Positions 52,506-64,000 of a DNA stretch of 64,000 nt are shown piece after piece. The position numbers were made by a program, and so were the translations under genes. A model generated the notes under the pieces. It was not told where the DNA came from, did not search any database, and saw only the letters and a list, made by a program, of their open reading frames with translations. The DNA comes from Glycera tridactyla (lineage: Eukaryota): positions 66,526,001-66,590,000 of the forward strand of contig OZ286469.1 of the NCBI GenBank assembly GCA_965644265.1, written 5' to 3'. Every line of letters starts with the position of its first letter. The first letter of the stretch is position 1.

Positions 52506-53460
52506 TCAATCGGAAGTGCAATGGAAGTTTCTCCAACCATTGGTATCATAGTAGGAAATCAAACAACGGTATCCTGTTATTCCTCTTTCGCTTGCGCAAA
52601 TTGTAGATCTCAAGTTCTGTTCTGCTTTGACTTTTCTTCCCGCCACAGACACTGATTGCGCATCCTTCCCTGCTAGTCTTAAATGTGAATATTTATCAGA
52701 GACTACCGAATGAAAGGATTGTGCGCGTGAATTGCAAGGGCATTTGATCTCAAGTAGGCCTTCCCCACAACATTTGCATGTCACGATTCCATCTTGGGAG
52801 CCACCTATGAAAGGCTCTGTCCTTGATATATGGAACCCAACTTTTTAACTTTGATGTTTGGTGGGATTGTTTCATCAATTTAGCATGTGAATTTCGAGCG
52901 ACACTTTCCTTTGTCTTTCCATATGTGCATGATTCCCTTTCAAAACCATCATGATATCCCATAACATCAGTTACAACACTGTTAACTTCACAATGTATTT
53001 TATCCTTTTCATCCACATGATGAATTGCATCATGGATGACTGAAGCTGTTATTCTTCCTTCTCGCTTGTCAAACCAAAATGTTTATATCGATTGTCAACA
53101 AGTTCTACTCTCAATCTACTCATTTCATCTTTTGAATGACTCACATGTGTAACAAGTTCCTCGGCATGAGCACAATTATTTGAGATCATCTTTAATGCAT
53201 CAGGGATGGATATTATTCTCCCTTCAGTTGTGATGACCTCTTGGCCATCAACATGCTAAATGTCAGGGATTCTATGTTCAACTTTGAGCTCGAAGAATTC
53301 CTTGCCGAATTTCAATATGGCTGCATTCTGCTCACCACCAACTAAATTGTTCAGTCACTCAAGCTCCATATCCACAAGTGTTTCGAGTCTTCAATGACAA
53401 ACAGCACATGGATCAAAAGTTCTCCTGCTGCTGCCACTTTCATCACTTTCAGCAATAGAT
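52506..53460 (-). pseudogene. YqaJ/lambda-exonuclease-like (PD-(D/E)XK) ORF relic, probably transposon-borne
   Basis: WFDKREGRITAS (~53041-53080), YGKTKESVAR, GFHISRTEPFIGGSQDGIVTCKCCGEGLLEIKCP (~52738-52840). Confidence 0.8.
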
Positions 53461-54863
53461 GAAAGTGCATGCCGACTGGGATATTAAAAGCCGGCCATTT
53501 GTACAGGAGTCTTTTCTGTACACACATAAAAGTACCACTGCTGTCTTCCGCAGAGTAGGGATGGCCCCCGGCAGCAGTGCTTTTTTTATTCAGTATTTTC
53601 AGTCCAATATGACCCAAAGTGGTTGAAAGGACATTAAGCCCAAACATACAAACAAACAATCGGTCAATGATCTATTGAAGATGAATTGGGGTCTGACTGT
53701 CCCCTTGTATTACACTGGGATATTATGTTGGGGAGCACCTCTGGATCGCAATGGGCTTGGCTTTGAGAAATTTGGTATGATTGTGAGCTCATTTCAATGA
53801 TTGGTATTGCCTCATTCAGTTCTCGAGAGAGCGCAATACTTGGACGTAAACAAATAAAGCAGCCATTATCCAGAAGTAGATGAAGAGTGAGTTGGTGCAA
53901 ACATGAAGTTTGGGCAGTGGATGGTGTGTGTGTTGTAATGTGCCTCATAGTCGTTTCTGATGTCATTGAGAATGTGTTTGATTATGATTTTGAAGTTGAT
54001 ATTGAGAATTAGAGCTGGTGCTTGCTGTTCACACCGGGTGGCCCATTCGCTGCCATGAAACATCCTTCTATCATATGCATATTACTATATTCCAGGGATA
54101 TGGTGCAACTCGGCAAACTCGACAGTCATTCCAATTGTGCAGAACATGGGCAACAATCATGTTTCGTTATAATCTGCTCGACCTTTGATTCAAATACTGA
54201 GATGGTCAAAAAAGCAATTTCCATCAGCAGGAACCAGTATCTGATTACAGTGAACTTCATTGATCACCTTCACTGAAGCTCCTGTCAGAAGGTCTTTATA
54301 CAATGCGAACAGAGATGCACTCAGAGCTATATGTGCATGATTCACTTTTAAAACCTTCATAATATCCCATAACATCAGATACAGCACTGAACTTCACCAT
54401 GTATTTCATCCTTTTCATCCACATGATGAATTGCATCATGGATGACTGGAGCCGATATTCTGTCTTCGCTGGTCAAACCAAAATGTTGATATCGATTGTC
54501 CACAAGTTCTACTCTCAATCCACTTTATATTTCATCTTTCGAATAACTCACATGTGTAAAAAGTTCTTCGGCTTAAGCACAATTATTTGGAATCATCCTA
54601 AATGCATCAGGGATGGAAATTATCCTCTCTTCAGTTGTGATGACCTCTTCTTTGGCACCAACATGCAAAAGGTCAGGAATTCTATGTTCAACTTCGGGCT
54701 CGAAGAATTCTTTGCCAAATGGCTGCATACTGCTCACCACTCACTGTTATCATCAAAACTTGATTGCAGAAGAGCCGAGAAGAAGGCGTTCACTGATTCT
54801 CATCGTCATCGACCAACCTGCCCCAAGCAGCGGTGCAGAGAACCATAACCTTGTCCTCGTCCT

Positions 54864-55560
54864 GAAAGGCATCTTGAGTTTCTGTGAATTTCATATTTTT
54901 TCACCTTCCGTTTGGGACCCAGAAGGAGTCTGGAAGATCGCACCCATGCCCATTGCATGGGCATCACAAAATAGCCCAGATGGTGCTGACATGACTTTAA
55001 TCGAGAATCAACCAACCAACCAAACCGTCCCGACTGCTAGATTTCGAAATGGTTGCTCAATATATCAGCTGTGCGATCTTCAACTACTCGAAAGAAACAC
55101 CCTACCAGAGTCTTTCTCCACTTGGCCGAAGACCCAACATCCATCGACTCAATGACCTTACCAAATTTACTCTCATCAATTTTGACAACTTTCCCTATGA
55201 CGACAATTTGTTCATTTTCTCTTATGATGACCTCACTGCAGACTTCTCTCGCGAAATGACACCAGTCTACTACAGTTTCATTGCTGATATCCAGCCAAAT
55301 CTCAATGCATGAACTGGGGAGCTTTTATACCCAATGATAAGTCAACATCAATATAGCTGATATTGACAAATGAGATCCTTCAAACCCCAAACCTTCTCGG
55401 ATTGACAGCACATCTTGTTGCTGAACCTTCTTCTTTCCATAACAATAGTCCTTGAAAGTAAAACTCCTGTCAGATCCCACCCATGCCCATTGCATGGGCG
55501 TCACAATATAGCTCAGATGGTGCTGACGTGACGTCAAACCAGAACCAACCAACCAACAAC
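54864..55560 (+). mobile_element. Two family A copies (54864-55026; 5'-truncated 55473-55560)
   Basis: A body and gacgt(c/t)aaaccagaaccaacc-type tails. Confidence 0.85.
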
Positions 55561-55959
55561 ACAACAGTAGATACACTTCTTACTGAAATTCCCAATAAGT
55601 CCCAAATCAACAATCCAGCTCAGTAAATAATTGAAATCCAGGCATATCCCATGCAAATCATCATACTTTAGGTGAGGCATGCTGCTGTCAAAGAGCACAT
55701 GGCACTGTTTTTTGGGGTTATCCAAACCTCCTCCCCTGAAACAGCAAACTAATCAGATTCTACTGTAGCTCCATTAACCTAGTCATCAAATCACTGCTAA
55801 CTAGGTCATAACATACCGTATCATGCAAATGAGGCCACCTTGAATTCTCAAACCTTCACAACAAAACAAAATGGATGCCATCACATCGGATCTTCACAGC
55901 TCCAGCATTCATTACATGCTTCATTCATTCTAGTTTTGGATCATTGGTCTACCATGTAG

Positions 55960-56160
55960 AGCACACTTTGCCAGAAAGTTTCGACCAGGAAAGGAGGGTC
56001 CCACAAGAGAGCATTTTATCGGTCACCCTTTTTAGCATTAAAATGAATAATATCGTTGAATGCCTCTCCCAGGACACCAATTGCTTCTTATACGTAGATG
56101 ACTTTCTTATTTGTTATAGAGCTAGTCAAGTTTGTGTAGTGGGGAGGAAACTACAACGAA
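55960..56160 (+). pseudogene. Nimb/I-clade RT fragment
   Basis: VPQESILSVTLFSIKMNNIV...LYVDDFLICY. Confidence 0.85.
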
Positions 56161-57229
56161 GAATTCCTTGCCAAATTTCAATATGGCTGCATACTGCTCA
56201 CCACCTGCTAAATCGTTCAGTCACTCAAGCTCCATATCCACAATTGTTTCGAGTCTTCAATGACAAACAGCACATGGATCAAAAGTTCTGCTGCTGCCAC
56301 CTTCATCACTTTCAGCAACAGATGAAAGTGCATGCCGACTGGTATATCAAAAGCCAACCGTTTGTACAGGAGTCTTTCCTGTACGCACATAAAAGTACCA
56401 CTGCTGTCTTCTGCAAAGAGTAGGGACAGCCCCTGGCAGCAGTGCCTTTTTTCTTCAGCCTTTTCAGTTATTCAGTCCGATATGACCCAATGTGGTTGAA
56501 AGGACGTTAAACTCAATCAAACAATTGATCAATGATTTATCGAAGATAAAGTGGATTCTGGCTGTTAGGCATTGACCTGTCCTTTGTATTACACTGGGGT
56601 GTATTGTTGATGAGCACTTCTGGATCTTAGCAATGGGCTTGGCGTTGTGAGAAATTCGGTATGATTGTGAGTTCATTTCAATGGTTGGTATAGCTTCATT
56701 CAGTTCTAGAGAGGGCAATACTTGGACGTTGTAGAGTAACGTGGCCATTATCCAGAAGTAGATGAAGAATGAGTTGGTGCAAACATGAAGTTTGGGCAGT
56801 GGATGGTGTGTGTGATGTAATGTGTCTCATAGTCGTTTCTGATGTCATTGAGAATAATACCTGTGATTTTGAAGTTGATGTTGAAAATTAGAGCTGGTGC
56901 TTGCAGCTCACACAGGATGGCCCATTCACTGCCATGAAACATCCTCCTTTCATATGCATATTTCATTATACCAGGGATATGGTTCAACTTGGCCAACTAC
57001 ACACAGTCATTCCAATAGTGCAGAACGTGGGTCACCATCACGTTACGTCATGATTACAAATGAAAAGAATGAGAGAATAAGTATTTTGATGCTGTGAAAA
57101 TGACTGTGCTAGACTGAAATCAACATTTCATGACACTGTGAAGTGAACCATATAGCATCTAATTAAGTCCTTGAAATTCTTTGGTAGATGAGATAATAGC
57201 TATTATCGTGTCTGTACCCACTGTCCAGC

Positions 57230-57535
57230 GATGGGAATCTGTAGTCTAAACCATCTCTGTAAAACAATTTGGCATCTTTTGCAACGCAGTCGGCCAGCTG
57301 CACAGTCAATCCTGTCATTGCCTCAGGGAACAAATGATCCAAACCAGGGAATTTTCTGCTTTGAAATATTCCACGAGCATCCTGTGTACCGTCAGCTCCA
57401 ACTGGCGGCTAGTTTTATATTTGGTGACAGTTTATTTTGATGAGTGCATTCATCGAAATGATTGGTGCACACTGAACATCTGCATGTAGCCCTGCACACA
57501 TCACAGCATGTGTGGTGTCCACTCTTCCCTGATGA
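57230..57535 (-). pseudogene. Possible RecQ-type C-terminal Zn-binding relic
   Basis: GHHTCCDVCRATCRCSVC (~57460-57520) resembles the CCDxC RecQ zinc motif. Confidence 0.45.
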
Positions 57536-57550
57536 TTGAACACTTCGGTC

Positions 57551-57895
57551 GAGTATTCTCCTAACCTAATATTTTCTATGTGTCAAGTGCTGCGCTTTCG
57601 AAAAAAAAATGCATTGCTATCAGGCTTGGGTGGTAGCTTCCAGCCAGCTATATAGGCAGATATGCCATCATAGGTTTATTATGTATATGTTCAGATTAGG
57701 TAAAGGTGTGTTTGAACTGTCAGTTACTTCCACTTGACAACCTTTCAGGTTCCCATCATCTTGTGTTCAGGGTTTGTGAGAGTGATGTCTGCAGGGGAGA
57801 GAACATCTAGCATTCATTAATCAGGAACACACGGCATAAATAATCAGGTGGGTTGATACATGCCGTTAAACCTCGAACAAACAAAAACAAAAAAC
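57551..57895 (+). mobile_element. Family C long copy
   Basis: Colinear with 13809-14135. Confidence 0.85.
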
Positions 57896-58993
57896 TCCCC
57901 TGATGGGCTGCATCCAAAATATGCCAGAAGATGATTTCTGCGGCATGACGAGATGGTGCAGAATTGACGCATTGATTCTTGCAGATGTTTCATTCGAAGC
58001 AATATCTGACATGTTGAAGTATATGGAAAACATTCTGCAGCAATGGTTAATGGTGTTATGCAAAATTATCAATCAGGATTTCAGTCAATCAGTGACAAGG
58101 ATAGTCCAAAAGTAATATTTGTGAGCAATGTATGTATCAGGTGGCTAAACTCATGCTTCCTTCATTCACTTGCATTTCTCTCAGATTCAGGGATGATTTG
58201 CACACAATTGATCACTGAAAGAGTTTTAATTCCACCCAATTGAGCTGTACTGACAATTCTTTAAGAATCCGTCTGTATTCTGAAGATACTTCGTAGTGTC
58301 ATAGTAGCGTAGTATAGCCAATTCTTTTGGGGCCATTTGGCTCATAAATTTGTAGTATAGTGAGAATTGTACATAGTTGACCTTTACATTGGCCAAAGTA
58401 TTTAGGAGCCAGTTGGTCCCTAATTTTGAGTATTTGGTTGCCAATGCTAAATTATTCAAGTTCGACAACTGTTTGAAAATATTTTGTATTCAGAAGGTAC
58501 CTTATAGAATAGCAGTATAGCTAAATTGTAAATAGCTGGAGTCTATATTGGCCGAAATGTCTAGGGGCCGGTTGGCCCCTAGGTTCAAGTATATGGTGGC
58601 CAATACTAAATTTCTCAAATATTAGTGTAATCTGTGTCAATTGATTGTCATTCATGCTGGAAGCTGTTTATTGAATGACATTTTCCTTGTTCTTGTATAG
58701 AATTACCATGTTTTACAGGAGCACACCTCTGTGTGTAATATTTACTTACTCTCCATGCTGGTTGGTGGCTTGATATGTATGATCTGCCTCACATCAGGTG
58801 CATCCACTCCCATCCCATATGCTTCTGTGGCAAGAAGTAATCGGAGCATGCTCTTGGTGTCCTTCATTTGAGGTGTTATGATAGTCTTCATCTGTCAGAG
58901 GAGATAATGTGATTTTTTTCTAAACCGCTATACATGTACACATATTACCTTTGATATCATGTGGCCTAGAAGTGCGATGACTTTCACTTCATA

Positions 58994-59172
58994 CAGGGAA
59001 ACCTGTGACAAGCAACTGCCCTTAATGTCACCAAAAAGCGGTCTCTCAAAAGAGGTGGTCTCTTGTTGGAGGTATATTTGACTATATCAATTGAAAAAAT
59101 GCTGTCAAGAAAAAGCGGTCTCCTGTTGGAGGTGGTCTTTTGGCAGGGGGTCTATCGTCGCAGGTTTCACTG
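58994..59172. mobile_element. TA-flanked MITE
   Basis: ta|CAGGGAAACCTG...CAGGTTTCACTG|ta. Confidence 0.85.
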
Positions 59173-59269
59173 TATTGATAAGTAAAGCAAGCCCCAGTTG
59201 AGTTAGAAGAAACCTGATTCTTGTTTCACCGAATTCATTCATGATCATGGTCCCACTGATGGATATGTA

Positions 59270-59451
59270 CAGTGAACCCTATTATGAGAGACCACACTTA
59301 ATGTCTTCATAAAGTGGTCTCTCAAACGAGGTGGTCTCTCATTAGAGGTATATTTGACTATGTTGAATAGAAAAGCTGCCCTAAAAGACTAGTTTCCCAT
59401 CGGATGTGGTCTCTTGTCGGGGGTAGGGGGGTCTCATCGCACCTCTCACTG
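59270..59451. mobile_element. TA-flanked MITE, same family
   Basis: ta|CAGTGAACCCT...CTCTCACTG|ta with internal gaggtggtctct repeats. Confidence 0.75.
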
Positions 59452-59729
59452 TATAAAGTGATTCATTCCAAAATACTATGCTCTCTACGTGTTTTTATGC
59501 CACATTGTGCAATTATGAGTGGCTGAAACTATACATTCCATGCCTGAAGTTAGGTTAGCCTCACATTCTCATCTGATTTATGTATATTAGAAGCTCTAGT
59601 CAGTCATTCATACATGAATTGTTGGTTTTTGTTGAAGTCTTTGTGAATATGTATGTAATTCATGCATAGCACTTCATAATTATGCATAACCACTGATACT
59701 GAGTCAAGTCATTGATGAATGGTTGTTCA

Positions 59730-61148
59730 TTAAATGTACATAAGTTGGGCCTGCTGCAGCTGCAAGATGTGGGACATCTCTCGCTGCTGGTTGGTTGATT
59801 CCATGACCTTGTGGAGCAACTGAGTGATTTCCCTCTTTCTAACGCTATGATTTGTGAACTTTTGCTTGATACCACCTTCATCGCACATGTGCCTCATCAT
59901 CTTGCCAATCGTATGTTGGCCCAATGCTTGTGCTTTCTACCAAATTTTACCAGGAACAACAGGTTGGGGTTTCTCGATCGAGAATGACTTGGGTGATAAA
60001 CCATGATTGAGTCCGAGATAGTAGGGAGAATCTGGTGATAACAAAGATACTGGTCGTTGTGATTTGAATAGCTTAATAGCATTCACCATACATTTTTTTG
60101 GGTCAGTTTTGTTAGGGTAGATGGTAGGGATGAAATCTCCAGTATCTGAACCGTCCTGCCGTGTTTTTGTCTGCCGTTCTGTCCAACGAAGGACTCCCTC
60201 CACTTCACCCTCTTCATTGACAATTTCATCCATATTCAGATCTCCCCATTTCATTTAACGACTCATGACTTCCCCTTAGGCCAAGCTGCTGAGTGTTCTC
60301 GAACCAAACCATGTTCAACAATGCACTGACGTTGTGTGCTCCCATGACTCCTTTCTCCCTCAATGTATCCAAAGAAATATCATCAAGAGCCATTGCCCTG
60401 TTAGGCCTGTTGCCCAAAACCTGCCCCTTCGATTGCTTCCTTTTAGCAGCTAGCACCTACCTGCTTGTATAGAAAATGGGATTTTGAATGATACAATGTT
60501 CGTAATTTGCTCGAAATGACACTTTGTGTCTGTGATTTTCATATCATTTCACCTTCAGTTTTGGACCCAGAAGGAGGCGTCTTGGAAGATCCCACCCATG
60601 TCAATTGCATGGGCGTCACAATATAGCCCAGATGGTGCTGACGTGACGTTAAACCATGACCAACCAACCAACCATTCGTAATTTGCATCACGGAGATAGC
60701 AAGATAGTGGTCGATAATATGCAGTTAAGCTGTCTGGTTCGTAGTCTGAGTTGTCTTCCTTCTTCAATGCAAGAATCCACTCGCCAATATATGTATCAAG
60801 TGCAGCGCCATTGATATTGGTAATGTCACAAGTAAGTCCATGTGTACGGCCTAACCAAGTACGGAATTTGAAAACACATGCGCTGGCCTTCCTCTTAGTA
60901 CTCGCATTTGCTTGCTTTGTGATGAATTCTCGTAGATTTTCATGGCCGCCGTTAACAACGGCCACCTCCTTGGATGGACCAGCCACAGGCTCAGCATCAG
61001 GCTCGCTTTCTCCCAAGGGCCGGGCAACAGGCTCGCTGCTCACCGTCTCCGAGTAGCCATGCTCGTTCGCGACAAGTACATCTACGGTAGGATCGATTAC
61101 AACGAACTCACTTCCATCATACTCGAGAGTCACCTCATCTGCAAGCAC
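59730..61148 (-). mobile_element. Second Crypton-like DUF3504 YR element, pseudogenised
   Basis: GEWILALKKEDNSDYEPDSL; QLGLRGSHE; KWGDL; ERQTKTRQ; FIPTIYP; TNHSVRK. Homologous to 14670-16602. Confidence 0.9.
60511..60674 (+). mobile_element. Family A copy inside Crypton 2
   Basis: 12-bp TSD TTCGTAATTTGC (60499-60510, 60675-60686). Confidence 0.95.
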
Positions 61149-61792
61149 ACAGATTGTACCGCTGCTTAGACAGTGTTTATTGGGATGTATTCATTGTGAG
61201 AATACAATAATAACGCTCAGAATAAACAATACCTACAGTCGGCCTACTGACGGAAGCCTCGCAATGACAGCTCCATCCAGTGAAAGCTACAGAACATTCG
61301 TTTGAAATCGAAAATCAATTACTTTTGTCCCCCCTTTGGAGAAAAAACGCTAAGATGTGAAATGCTTTTAATAATACAATAAGTATACGTTTATCAAGTG
61401 CTCCAATAATCTAATTTTAAAGTATCCCTGCACTGCACGCTTGCTGCTTGGCTATACCAATAAGTGTATAAATTGCAGATCAAAGGTATATATAAATAGG
61501 CGGTATGTCAATTCAGATATCATCGGAAGGCATGCAATTATACACTTTTGTAGAGCACTTAATTATCCATGTTGACTATTTCTGTTGTAGATAGATAATA
61601 GAATAAGTTATAATCACAATATATATACATTGTAGTTAATTCTATAGGCACAGGTGTGTATTCGGTATATGATTATCGCTGATGATAATACTGCAATGAA
61701 CACAACAAAGTTGTGTCATACACCAAATAACGACGTAGGAAAATATAGTACAAGGGTGAAAAACCAGGTATACGCAATATATTATAATAAGT

Positions 61793-64000
61793 CTACCTCC
61801 TTATGGCATCAGGCCGGACATATCCTCTATACCCATCAGACTCCCATCTTCCTGCAATCCTCAATTGCATGTCACTTGCTCCTCCTACAGCTAAGTCAGA
61901 ACAGGCCCCTATTCTAAAGCTGTGTGTGCTGAAATCACGTGGATCCGTGCAATTGAGGTACAAGACATTAGACAGACTCTATTCACCTGCCTATGATCAA
62001 CTGGAGAACCGTTGTATGTAACGAACAAGAAGGGACTATTACCTTTCCTGACAATAATATAATCAAGAAGGGCATGTACAGGACAGAGAGATGAATTGTC
62101 CTTTTTTGATATGATTATAGAGGATGAATGCCCTTCAGAAAACTTATATGATTGCAAACAAATAGTAATGGATACCGCAACCCTTCCCTTGACTCCAACT
62201 GTGACATCAGAATGCCTCAAGGTGTGTTTATCGCGTATTGGATAACACTAGTTCTCCGACCCGAAAAAGGCCATAATAAAGAAACAAGAAGATACAGGAA
62301 TACAACTTTCTATCGTAAATTGAGATGCCAGTAACATCAAGAGCCCCAATCAGATTCTCTAATAAAGACAAAGATATACTTTTCTTGCTCTTCTTAGCGC
62401 CTGAAAGACAGATACCCCGAACCAAGTATGCTACAACTGTTTCTCTAGTGGGATCAGTAATGTTCCTAATTTTGTGTACAAAGGACAACACAGAAAGTGC
62501 ATTCCTCACGGTAGAAATGGAATAACTTTTAGAGAAAAGATAGGCAATATATTTACAGACGATATCTGACAAGATGGGGAGTGTAACATTCCTACGAGTA
62601 ATATTATGATGAAAAGTTGGAAAAAATTCCAAGACTTTTCGTAAGATACAACCGTAGTACTTGCAAGTGAGTTGTTTATGAGTGAGTTCACTATAATATC
62701 CAATTCGCCGGGATCATCCGCCATGGCACGACCTCAGGAACTTCTTTGAGACCATATAATGAAGAATTTCTGGAATCGATCTTTCCCCTTGAAAGTGAAC
62801 CTGCAATAGTGTTTTCCGCACCAGGCAAATGCACACTCGTGACCATTATGTTGAAAAATAAACAATTTAATACAAACTGGCGCAATAGCTTTAATAAACC
62901 TTTGTCTTTGGTGGTCTGATTATTAATAACGTTGACTACTGCCATGTTGTCGCAATTAAAGACAACATGATGGTTGGCTAATTTATTGCCGAAAATATGG
63001 GTGGCAACAACAATAGGGAGAAATTCTTTAGTCAATATGTGATGAGACTGCCATTCATCGTTGAAATGTAACACAAACCAAGATTTACCCATGTATCCTG
63101 CGCCAGCGAAATTGGAGGCATCAGTGAAAAGATTTATAGAATTAGAATATATGCGGAGCTTGTTCATAAACAGAGTCACACCATTGTAAGCGTTCAAGAA
63201 AGAAAGCCAAAGGTTAAGGTCTTCTTTCATTTCATAGTTCAACACAATCCGATGAAAGGGTTCACTCAAGAATTTTGTAGAATTAATCAATCTCCTCAGA
63301 AAAGGCCTACCAGGAATCACAGCAGCACAAGCCCATTGCAGTTTCCCTATTACACTTTGCATCATTTTTAGTGTACACCAGTCCCTATTTAACAAATCAC
63401 GAATTGCTATCTGATAATCAGAAACTTTCTATGGAGGAATAGAACAAGACATATTCAAACTACTCAGGCTGAAGCCTAGGAAAACAATCGTATTGGTAGG
63501 AACTGTGGTCTTTTCTGGAGCCAAAGGTAGCCCCACATAATCAGCAAAATGGAGGAACCGGGAAAGATCTGACTGACATCCAGAGAAAGAATCTGATAAC
63601 ATTAAAAAATCATCAACGTAGTGCACAATATGATATATTTTAAGTTTACTGTTAAGAATCCAATGAACGGAAGGATGAATGGGGAGCAAACGAAAGGCTG
63701 ATTTAATATCGGTTTTGGCCATGAAACAATTCCGTCCTGACTATTTGATTATATGTACTGCATCCTGAACTGATTGATACGAAACAGAAGTAAAACTACT
63801 ATCAATACCATTATTAACAGAGGATAAATCATAAGGAAAAGAAAGATCATGAATAAGACAAAACTTTCCCGGTTCTTTTTTGGGCCTTGAAGACAAAGGA
63901 GATATTAGCATATCTTCAAAAGGCATGGTTGAAAATGGCCCTGCAATTCTACCAGCAGACACTTTGTCCACCAAAGACTGGGCAACAGCAATATTTTCAA
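61793..64000 (-). mobile_element. DIRS-like YR retrotransposon (RT, RNase H, YR), truncated by the window edge
   Basis: RT: CLIHDLS, KTDIKSAFR, YVDDF. RH: LFTDAS, TKEF, CDNMAVV (62691-63395). YR 61793-62724: GLFRVGEL, CPVHAL, THSFRIG, GRWESDGY. The RH end overlaps the YR start. Confidence 0.92.

Larger units (their letters stand above)
53290..57040. repeat. Local duplications: 53290-54090 vs 56157-57040 (each with a B copy at 53464-53659 / 56328-56525) and 52940-53330 vs 54330-54740
   Basis: Colinear identity, e.g. gaagaattccttgcc...aatatggctgcat at 53292, 54701 and 56157. Confidence 0.85.

Noticed and set aside
12120-60674. Recurring short ORFs such as MGGIIQDSSFW.. / IVTPMQWAWVGS.. as a protein family, or the repeats as a CRISPR-like array
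   Set aside because: They are translations of family A copies. The copies have TSDs and tails, irregular spacing and eukaryotic context, with no cas genes.
1-64000. tRNA or rRNA genes, or an intact host gene
   Set aside because: None recognised. Small exons of a - strand host gene cannot be excluded without transcript data.

Overview
Repeat-dense, AT-rich animal genomic DNA. The TE mix suggests a marine invertebrate, but this is inferred. It has one assembly gap (5563-5718) and no intact host gene that I can recognise. It is a mosaic of nested and mostly degenerate mobile elements: a near full-length CR1/L2-group LINE (+), Nimb/I-clade LINE pieces (+), and about 50 short retroposed copies of three families (A, B, C) that end in GTTAAAC+(AAAC/AACC)n. 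It also has two Crypton/DUF3504 tyrosine-recombinase relics (-), a Penelope-like RT (-), a DIRS-like element running off the right edge (-), PIF1-helicase, YqaJ-exonuclease and RecQ-Zn relics (-), TA-flanked MITEs, and several segmental duplications, including a ~6.2 kb tandem one. The most striking pattern is polarity. Every LINE/SINE-type copy I could find is on the + strand, and every other orientable coding relic is on the - strand. The three short families differ in sequence but share one 3'-terminal RNA fold. Family A is a ~160-nt multi-hairpin element with a fixed 5' end and no tRNA head. All counts and alignments were made by eye.
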